Positions 17,881-27,270 of a stretch of 56,791 nt of DNA are shown piece after piece (position 1 is the first letter of the stretch; each line of letters opens with the position of its first letter). The stretch comes from Candidatus Zixiibacteriota bacterium. Its GTDB lineage: Bacteria; RBG-13-66-14; B26-G2; WVWN01. The notes under the pieces were generated by a model, which saw nothing but the letters and a program-made list of their open reading frames with translations, ran no database searches and was not told the DNA's origin. Where the stretch lies: positions 2,898-59,688 of the forward strand of contig WVWN01000003.1 of NCBI GenBank assembly GCA_011773985.1, in the 5' to 3' direction. Position numbers and translations under genes: made by a program.

Positions 17881-18641
17881 TTTTCCGCCGCGGCCGCGCG
17901 GCGGGCGATCAAGGCCGCGGCGTACCCGGCGCCGAAGCCGTTGTCTATGTTGACGACCAATACGCCGCCGGCGCACGAGTTGAGCATAGTTAAAAGAGGA
18001 GCGACGCCGCCGAAGCTCGCGCCGTAGCCGACGCTCGTCGGAACCGCGACGACAGGCCCGCCGCCCAAGCCGGCGACGACGCTCGCCAGAGCCCCCTCCA
18101 TCCCGGCGACGACGATTACGCAGTCGGCCTTTCGGATAACGTCGAGTTTGTCCACGAGGCGATGCAGGCCGGCCACGCCAACGTCGTAGACCCTCTCGAC
18201 GTTGCACCCGACGACCTCGGCCGTAACCGCGGCCTCCTCCGCGACCGGTATGTCCGCCGTCCCCGCGGAGAGGACGAGTACGCGGCCGCGAAGTTCCACG
18301 GCCGTTTCGCCGGCGACGACGACCGCGCGCGCCTCCTCGTGGTAGCGGGCGCCGGGGCATTTCTCGCGGATCGCTTCGTAAGTCTCGCGCGTGGCTCTCG
18401 TGGCGAGTACGGGGGCGCCCGTTTCGGCGATGCGTGCGGCGATGGCTGTGGCTTGCGCGGGCGTCTTTCCCTCGCAGAACACGGCCTCCGGGAAGCCGGT
18501 GCGGAGCGGCCGGTGCGTGTCTACGCGCGCGAAGCCCAGGTCGGCGTACGGCAGATGGCGCAAGCGTTCTACCGCTTCATCGACGCCAACGTCGCCCGCG
18601 GCTACGGCGCGGAGTAATTCCTCGAGTTTCTTAGGGTCCAT
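17877..18641 (-). CDS. larB: Nickel-pincer cofactor biosynthesis protein LarB
   Basis: AGTADIPVAEEA, DVGVAGLHRL, AGMEGALAS, VPTSVGYG, NIDNGFGA. Confidence 0.97.
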   Translation of the reverse strand: MDPKKLEELLRAVAAGDVGVDEAVERLRHLPYADLGFARVDTHRPLRTGFPEAVFCEGKTPAQATAIAARIAETGAPVLATRATRETYEAIREKCPGARYHEEARAVVVAGETAVELRGRVLVLSAGTADIPVAEEAAVTAEVVGCNVERVYDVGVAGLHRLVDKLDVIRKADCVIVVAGMEGALASVVAGLGGGPVVAVPTSVGYGASFGGVAPLLTMLNSCAGGVLVVNIDNGFGAGYAAALIARRAAAAEK

Positions 18642-19635
18642 CCTCGGGCGGCTTTGCGAACTCTTCCAATAGGTCGGCGACGTCGCGGCGGCAGGCGACG
18701 CGGGCCGCGCGGGGTAGGAGGGCTTTGGCGCCGCGCGCCCCTTTTAAGTACGCGAGGAGGTGTATGCGGAAATGCCGCGCCGCGCGCTCCTCCCCGTCGA
18801 GCGCCGCGGCCTTGTCGAAATGGAACATTATCGCCTCCGCCAATTCGGCCCGCGACGGCGCCGCCGGCACCGCGCCGTCCGCCAGGTAGGTTTCTATATC
18901 GTTAATTAAATAAGGTCGGCTCACCGCGGCCCGCCCCACCATGACCCCCGCGGCGGCTGTTTCTTTCAACAGCGCTTCGGCGTCCTGCGGCGTTTCGACG
19001 CCGCCGTTGGCCCAGACCGGCAAAGGGACCGTTTCCGCGATCTCCTTTACGGCGTAAAAATCCACCGGCCCGCGCAGGCCCTGGTCGACGGCGCGGCCGT
19101 GTACGGTCAGTGCCGCCACCCCCTCCTCGGAGAGCAACTTCGCCGCGGCGAGGGTGCTTTTATCGGACGGGTCGCGCGCCAACCTCATCTTGGCGGTGAC
19201 GGGGACGGGCGAGGCCGCGACGACGGCCCGGGCGATTCTGCGCAGCGCCACCGCGTTACCCGCCAGCGCCGCGCCGGCTTCCTGCTTGCGTATCTTGGGC
19301 GCGGGGCAGCCGAGGTTAACGTCGACCAGCGGGAAGCCGGCGTCCGCGACTATCTTCGCCGCCTCGGCCATACCACCGCGCCGGGCGCCGAAAATCTGCG
19401 CCGCGACCACCGGCGCGTCGTCGTCGCCCCGGGCCAGGAGGCGGAGGGTATTGCGGTTACGGCGAACGAGGCCCTCGGCGGATATGAGCGGCGTGACGGC
19501 GTAGGGGCAGCCGAACGTCGCGACGGCGGCGCGGAAAGGATACTCGGTGTAGCCGGCCAGCGGCGCGAGCGCCACGCGCCCGGGGACCTCGACGGTGCCG
19601 ACCTTTATCGTACGGGAGTTCGAAGCCTCGGCCAA
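18631..19635 (-). CDS. dusB: tRNA-dihydrouridine synthase (Dus family)
   Basis: LAPLAG, DVNLGCP, VTAKMR, TVHGR, NGGV, VMVGRA. Confidence 0.9.
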   Translation of the reverse strand: MAEASNSRTIKVGTVEVPGRVALAPLAGYTEYPFRAAVATFGCPYAVTPLISAEGLVRRNRNTLRLLARGDDDAPVVAAQIFGARRGGMAEAAKIVADAGFPLVDVNLGCPAPKIRKQEAGAALAGNAVALRRIARAVVAASPVPVTAKMRLARDPSDKSTLAAAKLLSEEGVAALTVHGRAVDQGLRGPVDFYAVKEIAETVPLPVWANGGVETPQDAEALLKETAAAGVMVGRAAVSRPYLINDIETYLADGAVPAAPSRAELAEAIMFHFDKAAALDGEERAARHFRIHLLAYLKGARGAKALLPRAARVACRRDVADLLEEFAKPPEDGP

Positions 19636-19637
19636 TT

Positions 19638-20048
19638 TTAACCTTCTCCCGGCGCCAGTTTATTTACCAAATCCACGGCCTTGCGCGCGAGCTCGAGCGC
19701 GACCTCGGCCTGCTCGGGCGTGACGGCGTACGCCGGGACGTCCTCGGCGAAGCTGTCGGGGAAGCGCGGTGCTGTGTAAAAGTCGTCGAGTTTGCCGACG
19801 TCGGCGACGGCCTCGAAAGGCGCGGCGCGCGAGCTGCACTTCAGCACGAGGGACCTTATCGAATGGCCGAAGACGGCGGTTTCGTCGTTGTAGTAGAGGT
19901 ATGCTTTGAGAGCGCGCTCCGCGGCCTGGTGGGCCAGAAACGTCGCCCATTCGTAAGCGTCGTTTTTCTGGAGGACCGCGGCCGCGTCGAGGTCGCGTTG
20001 GGCTTGCTGCAGCCAACGTTTGAATATGCGCAGTTTATCTTCTTCCAT
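19638..20048 (-). CDS. HEPN domain protein (no adjacent MNT partner)
   Basis: WLQQAQRDL..A...FLAHQAAERALKA...GHS...Y..PRFPD. Confidence 0.85.
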   Translation of the reverse strand: MEEDKLRIFKRWLQQAQRDLDAAAVLQKNDAYEWATFLAHQAAERALKAYLYYNDETAVFGHSIRSLVLKCSSRAAPFEAVADVGKLDDFYTAPRFPDSFAEDVPAYAVTPEQAEVALELARKAVDLVNKLAPGEG

Positions 20049-20217
20049 AACGCTCCCGGCGCCCCGGCCTTCACGTTAAGGCCAGGAAGGGGACGACGGA
20101 TTACGACGGCGTTCTTTCGTTTAGAACGCGGCCCTCACGCCGTAAAATTATCATAAATCGGTATATTAGGCAAAAAGAAAAGCCGCCTCCCCGCGGTTCC
20201 GTGTAAACGCGAGACAT

Positions 20218-20285
20218 GTAGGGGCCGGTCTTTAGGCCGGCCCGGCGCCGGCCGAAAACGGGCCGACCCGAAGGCCGGCCCCTAC
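20218..20285. repeat. REP-like doublet (GTAGGGGCCGG...GGCCCCTAC), left boundary of array
   Basis: Two inverted hairpin units with GTAG/CTAC ends; similar copy with shared flank CCGTGTAAACGCRAGACAT at 29312-29378. Confidence 0.8.
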
Positions 20286-20306
20286 GTTTGCACATCTGTT
20301 GTGGGT

Positions 20307-21269
20307 TTACCGGAACAACGCCTTCACGCGGCCGAGGGAGGCCGGCGCGACGGCGACGTTGACCCACCGGAAGTACTGGATGCGGTTGTTCTGGGTGTCC
20401 GCGACGTAGACGCGGTTCCCGCCGGGCGCCACCGCGACGCCGAACGGGTTCTTGAAGCGGCTGTTCGCCCCGCCCCGCGAGCCCCACTTGCCCAGGAACG
20501 AGCCGCTAGCCGTGAAGTACTGGATGCGGTCGTTGCCCATGTCGGCGACGTAGACGTAGCCGTTGGGCGCGACGGCGATACCCCAGGCCGATTCGAACTG
20601 GCCGTCGGCCGCGCCGCGCCTGCCCCACTGGCCCAGGTACGAGCCCACGGGGGTAAAATACTGGACGCGGTGGTTGTCGCCGTCGGTGACGTACGCGTTG
20701 TTGTTGGGGGCGAGTGCGACGCTTATGGCCGCGAGAAACTCGCCCTGGCCTGAGCCCCGCGAGCCCCACTTGCCCAGGAACGAACCGCTGGAGGTGAAGT
20801 ACTGGACGCGCTCGTTTTCGCTGTCGACGACGTAGACGTAGCCGTTAGCGGCCGCGGCCGCGTCGGTAGGCATCTCGAACTGGCCGTTGCCGGTCCCCTT
20901 CGAGCCCCACCGCCCGAGTAAGCTGCCGCTCGCGGTGAAGTACTGGATGCGGTTGTAGTTAGTGTCGGCGACGTAGACGCTGCCGGCGGGAGCCACGCCC
21001 AGGCCGAACGGGAAGTACATCTCCAAGACGCCGCCGAATTTGCCGAGGAACGAGCCGGTCGGCGTGAAGTATTGGATGCGGCTGTTGTAGGTGTCGGCGA
21101 CGTAGACGTTTCCGCTGGGGCCGACGGCCACGTCCATCGGCGTGGCGAACTGGCCGTCGCCCATGCCGCTGGAGCCCCATTTGCCCTCGTAGACCCATTC
21201 CGCGAGAGCGCCGGAGGCGAGGGCCAGCGCGGCGAGCGCCGCGGCCGTAGCGATTTTGCCTAGTAACAT
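20307..21269 (-). CDS. Secreted NHL-repeat 6-bladed beta-propeller, tail VAPASLGRVKALFR
   Basis: Signal peptide; six repeats of P.GVAVAP.G.VYVAD..N.RIQYFT..GSFLGKWG. Confidence 0.92.
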   Translation of the reverse strand: MLLGKIATAAALAALALASGALAEWVYEGKWGSSGMGDGQFATPMDVAVGPSGNVYVADTYNSRIQYFTPTGSFLGKFGGVLEMYFPFGLGVAPAGSVYVADTNYNRIQYFTASGSLLGRWGSKGTGNGQFEMPTDAAAAANGYVYVVDSENERVQYFTSSGSFLGKWGSRGSGQGEFLAAISVALAPNNNAYVTDGDNHRVQYFTPVGSYLGQWGRRGAADGQFESAWGIAVAPNGYVYVADMGNDRIQYFTASGSFLGKWGSRGGANSRFKNPFGVAVAPGGNRVYVADTQNNRIQYFRWVNVAVAPASLGRVKALFR

Positions 21270-21381
21270 GAGTCTCCTCTCGATAATAAGTGGTTTCCTT
21301 AAATATAGCAGAATAAGGCGGCCGGCTCCAATTAAAAAAGGCCGGCGCCAAGGCCGGCCCGTATTTTAACGGCAAACGCCC

Positions 21382-21927
21382 CTACCGGAACAACGCCTTT
21401 ATCCGCCCCACGGACGACGGCGCGACCGCGGGCTCGGTCCAGCGGAAGTACTGGATGCGGTAGTTAAAGGTATCGGCTACGTATACGCGGGTGGCTGTAG
21501 GCGAAGGGGCTACGCCTGCGGGCCAATATAACTCGCCGTTGCCTGACCCGCGGGTACCCCATTTGCCGAGGAACGAACCGGCGGCAGTGAAATATTGTAT
21601 GCGATGTCTCTGCGTATCGGCGACGTAAACGTTGCCGTTGGGTGCTACGGTGATGCCTTCCGGGTATCTGAATTCGCCGTTACCCGAACCATAAGTACCC
21701 CATCTACCAAGGAAAGAACCTGTTCCCGTGAAATACTGAACGCGGTTGTTATACGTGTCTATTACGTAGACGTTGCCATTAGGGTTTAGGGCTACTTCGT
21801 AAGGGTTTTCGAATTGGCCCGGGCTATTCCCGCGGGAGCCCCACTTGCCTTCGTAGACGTAGTCGCTTAACGCGGGAATCGCCGCGGCAACCGATATCGC
21901 AATCCCCAAAAACGCGTTCGTTTTCAT
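21382..21927 (-). CDS. Secreted NHL protein with only three repeats, tail VAPSSVGRIKALFR
   Basis: N-terminal two repeats nearly identical to 25113-26084, joined in frame to a terminal repeat. Confidence 0.85.
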   Translation of the reverse strand: MKTNAFLGIAISVAAAIPALSDYVYEGKWGSRGNSPGQFENPYEVALNPNGNVYVIDTYNNRVQYFTGTGSFLGRWGTYGSGNGEFRYPEGITVAPNGNVYVADTQRHRIQYFTAAGSFLGKWGTRGSGNGELYWPAGVAPSPTATRVYVADTFNYRIQYFRWTEPAVAPSSVGRIKALFR

Positions 21928-21979
21928 ATCGGTTCCTCTGCGCGGATACCGGACCCCTAAGCGCGCGGCGGGGCAAAAT

Positions 21980-22004
21980 GGGGCGACTGGCCAGTCGCCC
22001 CTAC
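21980..22004. repeat. Partial REP-like palindrome GGGGCGACTGGCCAGTCGCCCCTAC
   Basis: Matches the 28-bp palindrome minus its first three bases; overlaps TAG at 22001-22003. Confidence 0.85.
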
Positions 22005-22755
22005 TCGAACAGCGCGTTCACGCGGCCGAGGGAGGCGGGTACGACATATTCCGAGGTCCGGGTATACCAGTAATAGTAATCCGTAGCGTCGTCTATTACG
22101 TATAACTCCTTGTCGTAAGGGGGCGCCGTATACGCGGTATAACCTAAGCCGAGGGCGTTTGGATTCCCGTGATAATCGGTACGCCGTTCTCATATACCGT
22201 ATGCGTCGCCGCGTCGGCGACGTATAAGTGGGCGTAGCCGCAACAGCCGGTGGGGCGGCGCCCGGGGCCCGCGAACGTACCGACGAGCGAGCCCGTCGTT
22301 CGGTTTAAAAGGGCGATTGAGTTACGGTCGGGGATGGCGACTATTAAACCGGGAGGAAAGGACGCCTTAAAGTCTAAATCCGCCGGCCCGTAGAACGGGC
22401 ACCGAAACGAGCTTACGACCGAACCTTGCTTCGTGGTCTCGTATATCCACGACGTCCGGTTATTAGTTATGTAAAACGTTTCGGTATGGTAATATACACC
22501 CCACGCCCCCGGCCCCCCGGGCGCGGGGAAACTCGACCGGATTGTACTCTGTTCCCAAGAGTAGCGATACACGTAAGGGTTAGGGCCGTCTATGACGATA
22601 TAACCCGCAAAGGGCGTACCACTCGAATAACCCCGCGGATTGGGCCCCGGCGTGGGGTACGAGGCCATCAACTTCCAAGCGTCGCCATAACTCGCGCCGC
22701 AAACGCAAACGAGTAATAATCCCAAGGTAAGTAACTTCTTCGCCGCTTTAATCAC
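22001..22755 (-). pseudogene. Frameshifted secreted propeller-like gene (paralog of 26161-26910)
   Basis: GTG 22755; frame ends IQTPSA*; adding one C near 22153-22155 restores QTPLGLGYTAYTAPPYDKELYVIDDATDYYYWYTRTSEYVVPASLGRVNALFE*. Confidence 0.85.
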
Positions 22756-22885
22756 CTCCCACGACGACGTTGTCCTCGCGGGCCGGCTTGTAGTTGTGCT
22801 TCGTCGCCGTGAGCTTGCCTTCGAAAAATACAAAACCGCCGCTGCCGCGAAGGGCGCGCCGGTTGGGTATAGTTTTCTCTACCAT
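22748..22885 (-). pseudogene. Leader fused to C25-peptidase-like C-terminal remnant (45 codons, ...EGKLTATKHNYKPAREDNVVVGGD*)
   Basis: 3' part matches the end of 26903-27205; 5' part matches leaders starting at 24986 and 29197. Confidence 0.7.
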
Positions 22886-22911
22886 ACTTCCCTCCTCGTT
22901 CCTTCTAGTTA

Positions 22912-22941
22912 ATTATATACTTTAATCAACTCCTGCGTCAA
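22912..22941 (-). promoter_or_regulatory. Repeated promoter TTGACG-18-TATAAT (copy 1)
   Basis: Same block at 25013-25042 and 29224-29253. Confidence 0.7.
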
Positions 22942-22987
22942 GCGGTTTTTTTATTAAGAAAACCCGCCTCGGCGGCGGCCTAACGTA

Positions 22988-23015
22988 GTAGGGGCGACTG
23001 GCCAGTCGCCCCTAC
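22988..23015. repeat. Perfect 28-bp palindrome GTAGGGGCGACTGGCCAGTCGCCCCTAC (REP-like)
   Basis: Read directly; contains the TAG stop of 23012-23980; followed on the minus strand by a hairpin-T terminator. Confidence 0.92.
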
Positions 23016-23980
23016 CGGAACAACGCCTTAATTCTACCCACCGACGAGGGCGCGACCGCGGGCTCGGTCCAACGGAAGTACTCGATCCGGTGGTTACGAT
23101 GGTCTACGACGTAGGTACGGCCGCCGTTCGCCGTCAAGGCTAGGTTAAAGGGCCAATCGAATTCGCCGTTACCCCTCCCGGGAGTCCCCCATTTCCCTAG
23201 GAACGAGCCGCTCGAGGTAAAATATTGGATGCGGTTATTATTCCTGTCGGCTACGTAAATGTAACCGTCGCTCCCGTACGTGATCCCTTCGGGGAATTGG
23301 AATTGGCCGTCGCCCGTACCTTGCGAGCCCCATTTGCCGAGGAACGAGCCGCTAGAGGTGAAATATTGGACGCGATGATTATCGCGGTCGGTAACGTAAA
23401 CGTTACCGTTCGGGGCGACCATTACGTACATGGGCGGCCTGAATTGGCCGTCGCCCCTCCCCGCGGAGCCCCATTTTCCGAGGAAAGACCCGCCCGGCGT
23501 GAAGTATTGGACGCGGTAATTGCCGACGTCGGTTACGTACCAGTTCCCGCTCGCCGCGAACGCTATTCCCTTAGGCCCCCGGAACTGGCCATTCCCCGTA
23601 CCCTCCGAGCCGTGAAAGCCGAGATAGGACCCGGTGGAAGTGAAGTATTGGACGCGATGATTATCGAAATCGGTAACGTATACGTCACCCCTCGAGGCAA
23701 ACGCCAAGCCCCGGGCGAGGTCGAACTGGCCCGGGCCCGTACCGAGCGAACCCCATTTGCCGAGGAATGACCCGGTAGCAGTAAAGTATTGTACCCGGTT
23801 ATTATAAGCGTCTGCCACGTATACGTTGCCATTGGCTGCTATCGCGATATCTTCCGGGAGGTTGAACTGGCCGTTACCGGTGCCTCCGGAACCCCACTGG
23901 CCTTCGTAGACCCAAACACCCGAGGCCAGCGGGGCGGCGACCACAAACCCGCCAACTGTGCATAAGACGTAACGCTTCAT
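23012..23980 (-). CDS. Secreted NHL-repeat 6-bladed beta-propeller, tail VAPSSVGRIKALFR
   Basis: Signal peptide, six NHL repeats. Confidence 0.92.
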   Translation of the reverse strand: MKRYVLCTVGGFVVAAPLASGVWVYEGQWGSGGTGNGQFNLPEDIAIAANGNVYVADAYNNRVQYFTATGSFLGKWGSLGTGPGQFDLARGLAFASRGDVYVTDFDNHRVQYFTSTGSYLGFHGSEGTGNGQFRGPKGIAFAASGNWYVTDVGNYRVQYFTPGGSFLGKWGSAGRGDGQFRPPMYVMVAPNGNVYVTDRDNHRVQYFTSSGSFLGKWGSQGTGDGQFQFPEGITYGSDGYIYVADRNNNRIQYFTSSGSFLGKWGTPGRGNGEFDWPFNLALTANGGRTYVVDHRNHRIEYFRWTEPAVAPSSVGRIKALFR

Positions 23981-24063
23981 AATGTTTCCCCTTTTATTAT
24001 TTATAACGATGAATAAGGGCCCGCATTTACGCAGACCCTATTTACGGGCGAACTGTCGCGCAT

Positions 24064-24801
24064 CTATTTAAACAATCCCTTGACGCGGCCGAGCGACCCC
24101 GGCGCGACGGCCTCGTGGCCGCGCCACTCAAATCTATATATATAGTTAGTGGCCCTGTCAACAACCAACGTACGTGCATAAGGCGGGCCGTCTGTTAAAC
24201 GTTCCGCACACGCGGCTACCGGGGCATTCAAGTATCCGGTACCATAACCCAAAAAATATACCTTATGGGTCGCCGGATCGCCTAATATAGCGTTAGACGT
24301 GCTAACAGCGTCAATAGCCGTCAAACGGGTCCCAGGGCCGCGGAAAGAACTTAGGACCGAACCGGTCGTTGTTATCCTTATTGCAAGGTTATCGTCCGGA
24401 ATAGCGACATATAGCAACCAATCGCTAAGGTCGGCCGGGTGGGCCTTGGGGCAGCGGAATGAAGATATAACCGAACCGGTCGTCGTTAATTCATAGATGA
24501 AGCTATTATTATAGTTAGAAACCAAAATAGCATCCGAACCCCAACTCCTTAAACCCCAAACACCCCGCGGAACGTCCAACGTAATATATTCCGACGGCTT
24601 ACCCAGGTTATATACCCGCGGCGGCGAGCCGTCGCAAAGTACAGAACCGCCGTACGGGGCGTAGTAAGCGATACCGCGCGCGTTAAGGGCCGGAGCGGGA
24701 TAGGAGCCAACGACCATCCACCCCGTAGCCTCAATACTACCTACCGGGAGGAAAACAGCCGCTAACAACAAAGCTGCCGGTGATCTCACGTTAAAACCCA
24801 C
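24064..24801 (-). CDS. Secreted propeller-like protein, tail VAPGSLGRVKGLFK
   Basis: Signal peptide; IYELTTTGSVISSFRCP...PADL shared with 26161 and 28314 genes. Confidence 0.8.
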   Translation of the reverse strand: MGFNVRSPAALLLAAVFLPVGSIEATGWMVVGSYPAPALNARGIAYYAPYGGSVLCDGSPPRVYNLGKPSEYITLDVPRGVWGLRSWGSDAILVSNYNNSFIYELTTTGSVISSFRCPKAHPADLSDWLLYVAIPDDNLAIRITTTGSVLSSFRGPGTRLTAIDAVSTSNAILGDPATHKVYFLGYGTGYLNAPVAACAERLTDGPPYARTLVVDRATNYIYRFEWRGHEAVAPGSLGRVKGLFK

Positions 24802-24814
24802 TTGGCGAAAATCA

Positions 24815-24986
24815 TTACTGAATATTCAGGTCCGTCTTGTAGGCCGGGACGCAGTTTTTCATGGTCGCCGTAAGGTGAACGTTGCTCGCGGCCTCGGGAA
24901 CGATAAACTCGCAATTGCCTTCGTCGAAATACAAAGCCGCCGCTGCCGCGAACGGCGCGCCGGTTGGGTATAATTTTCTCTACCAT
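24815..24986 (-). pseudogene. Leader fused to a different C25-like C-terminal remnant (...FDEGNCEFIVPEAASNVHLTATMKNCVPAYKTDLNIQ*)
   Basis: Leader nearly identical to the 22885 copy up to TTGTATTTCGA, then a paralogous LTATxxNxxPA tail. Confidence 0.6.
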
Positions 24987-25012
24987 ACTTCCCGCCTCGT
25001 TATTTCTTGTTA

Positions 25013-25042
25013 ATTATATGCTTTAATCAACTCCTACGTCAA
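25013..25042 (-). promoter_or_regulatory. Repeated promoter TTGACG-18-TATAAT (copy 2)
   Basis: Direct repeat of 22912-22941. Confidence 0.7.
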
Positions 25043-25088
25043 GCGCTTTTTTTATTAAGAAAAGCCGCCTCGGGGGCGGCCTAACGTC

Positions 25089-25116
25089 GTAGGGGCGACT
25101 GGCCAGTCGCCCCTAC
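25089..25116. repeat. Perfect 28-bp REP-like palindrome
   Basis: Identical to 22988-23015; contains TAG of 25113-26084. Confidence 0.92.
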
Positions 25117-26084
25117 CGGAACAACGCCTTTATCCGCCCCACCGACGACGGCGCGACCGCGGGTTGCGATTCGCGGAAATACTGAATACGGTGGTTGTAA
25201 GAGTCCGCTACGTAAACCTTATTTGCCGTCGGCGTAGCGGCGACGCCAAGCGGCATATAAAATTGGCCGTTACCAGACCCACGCGTACCCCATTTACCAA
25301 GGAACGAACCGCTTGGCGTAAAATACTGGACGCGGTGATTATACGTATCGGCTACGAAAATCCTGCCGACCGGCGAAGCGCCTACGCCCGCGGGCCTGTT
25401 GAATTGCCCGTCGCTCGTACCGTAAGACCCCCATATGCCGAGGAAGCTGCCGGTCGACGTAAAGTATTGGACGCGATGGTTTAAAGCTTCGGTAACGTAA
25501 ACTTGATAGCGGGTTGAGAGGAAACCAAGGCCGTGGGGCTGATTAAACTGGCCCCACGCCGTACCGTACGAACCCCATTTGCCCAAGAAGGAACCGCTCG
25601 AGGTGAAGTATTGGACGCGGTGGTTATAGTATTCTGCAACGTAAACGTTGCCGTTCGGCGCCACGGCGACGCGAATGGGACGATTGAATTGACCGTTACC
25701 GGAGCCCAGCGTACCCCATTTACCTAGAAACGACCCAGTGGGGGTGAAATATTGTATGCGGTGTCTTTGCGTATCGGCGACGTAGACGTTGCCGTTCGGT
25801 GCTAAGGCTATGCCTTCCGGGTATCTGAATTCACCGTTACCCGAACCATACGTACCCCATCTACCAAGGAAAGACCCTGCTTGCGTAAAATACTGAACGC
25901 GGTTGTTGTACGTGTCGACGACGTAAACGTTCCCGTTAGGCGCGAGCGTTATTTCACGAGGTCTATCGAATTGGCCCGGGCTATTCCCGCGGGAGCCCCA
26001 CTTGCCTTCGTATACGTAGTCTGTTAAGGCCGGGGTAACCGCGACTAGTAAAATGGCAATAACTAAAAATATGGTCCGCTTCAT
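25113..26084 (-). CDS. Secreted NHL-repeat 6-bladed beta-propeller, tail VAPSSVGRIKALFR
   Basis: Signal peptide, six NHL repeats. Confidence 0.92.
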   Translation of the reverse strand: MKRTIFLVIAILLVAVTPALTDYVYEGKWGSRGNSPGQFDRPREITLAPNGNVYVVDTYNNRVQYFTQAGSFLGRWGTYGSGNGEFRYPEGIALAPNGNVYVADTQRHRIQYFTPTGSFLGKWGTLGSGNGQFNRPIRVAVAPNGNVYVAEYYNHRVQYFTSSGSFLGKWGSYGTAWGQFNQPHGLGFLSTRYQVYVTEALNHRVQYFTSTGSFLGIWGSYGTSDGQFNRPAGVGASPVGRIFVADTYNHRVQYFTPSGSFLGKWGTRGSGNGQFYMPLGVAATPTANKVYVADSYNHRIQYFRESQPAVAPSSVGRIKALFR

Positions 26085-26160
26085 TTAGGCCCCTTTACGC
26101 GTTACCCTAAGCGGTTCCTGCTCCGCCACCCCGTATAAAGCCCCGAAAGGCCGTTCGCCC

Positions 26161-26910
26161 CTACTCGAACAACGCCTTCACGCGGCCGAGGGAGGCGGGT
26201 ACGATATCTCCCGACGTACGGGCGTAGTAGTAATAGTAATCCGTGGCGTCGTCAACGACATATAACTTGATGTCGTATGGCGGTTCCATACTCCAAGTAT
26301 AACTAAAACCTACCGGCGTTTGGATACCCGCGATAATCGGTACGGCGTCCTCGTATATCTTGTGGGTCGCGGCGTCGGCTACGTAGAAGTGCGCGTACCC
26401 GCCACACCCCGTAGGGCGGCGCCCCGGCCCGGCGTACGTACCGATAAGGGAACCCGTCGTATAGTTTAAAACCGCTATTATATTGCGGTCGGGAACCGCA
26501 ATTATAAAGCCCGGCCACGCGAATTCGCAATCGGCGGGCCCGTCGAATGGGCATTGGAAGGAATTTACTACCGAGCCTTGTGTGGTCGCCTCGTATATCC
26601 AAGAAGTTCGGTTATTGGTTATAAAAAAACCGCTACCCGTTATTTTTGCTATTCCCCACGCCCCCGGCCCCCCGGGCGCCGGGAAACTCCAAACGATCGA
26701 GCTGCTTGTCCAAGAATAAAAATAAACGTGGGGTTCGCCCCCGTCCATTACTATATACCCCGCCTCGGGACCAATGCCCCAATAACCGCGCGGATTGGAC
26801 CCGGGCGTGGGGTACGAGGAGACCAACGTCCACACGTCGCCATAACTCGCGCCGCTAACACAAAACAACAACAATCCCAAGGTAAGTAACTCCTTCGCCG
26901 CCTTAATCAC
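26161..26910 (-). CDS. Secreted propeller-like protein, tail IVPASLGRVKALFE
   Basis: Signal peptide; SYPTPGSNPRG, FPAPGGPGAWG family motifs; SD GGAGG overlapping the GTG start. Confidence 0.85.
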   Translation of the reverse strand: MIKAAKELLTLGLLLFCVSGASYGDVWTLVSSYPTPGSNPRGYWGIGPEAGYIVMDGGEPHVYFYSWTSSSIVWSFPAPGGPGAWGIAKITGSGFFITNNRTSWIYEATTQGSVVNSFQCPFDGPADCEFAWPGFIIAVPDRNIIAVLNYTTGSLIGTYAGPGRRPTGCGGYAHFYVADAATHKIYEDAVPIIAGIQTPVGFSYTWSMEPPYDIKLYVVDDATDYYYYYARTSGDIVPASLGRVKALFE

Positions 26911-27205
26911 CTCCCACGACGACGTTGTTCTCGATGGCCGGCTTGTAATTGTGCTTCGTAGCCGTGAGTTTGCCGTCGTCGAAGCCGAATAAAAGGTCCT
27001 CGAAGGTGCACCTCCCGTGGGTGCCGGTCGTGTTTGTAAGGTAGTACCAATGTTGCCAAAGGCACACCTTGGCCCCCGGTACCGTTTGGTTACCGGTGGT
27101 CGTCACCGTAACTTCTAGCGTCTTCATCGTACCGTTCGCCCACCAAGTGTAGTCGATATTTAACGGCGCGGGCTCCGCGGTCCACAGCTCCATCGTCGGG
27201 TCGCC
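26903..27205 (-). pseudogene. 3' fragment of a C25 (gingipain-like) peptidase gene
   Basis: GDPTMELWTAEP resembles the end of the C25 catalytic domain, followed by an Ig-like segment VTV...VPGAKVCL...LTATKHNYKP; the upstream part of the gene is replaced by a terminator. Confidence 0.65.
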
Positions 27206-27242
27206 GCGCCACGAAAAGCCGCCTCGCGGGCGGCCTACGGTC

Positions 27243-27270
27243 GTAGGGGCGACTGGCCAGTCGCCCCTAC
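27243..27270. repeat. Perfect 28-bp REP-like palindrome
   Basis: Identical to 22988-23015; contains TAG of 27267-28238. Confidence 0.92.

Noticed and set aside
16642-18360. 572-aa extended LarC or LarB-LarC fusion
   Set aside because: The extension is an alternative frame over larB; LarC starts at ATG 17880 overlapping the larB stop
19638-20048. HEPN-MNT toxin-antitoxin system
   Set aside because: No nucleotidyltransferase gene adjacent; the gene is packed at the head of the dusB-larBC operon
22144-22833. Intact 229-aa protein as given in the ORF track
   Set aside because: The N-terminus is an off-frame read of the C25 remnant and the C-terminus is cut by a frameshift; the real gene spans 22001-22755
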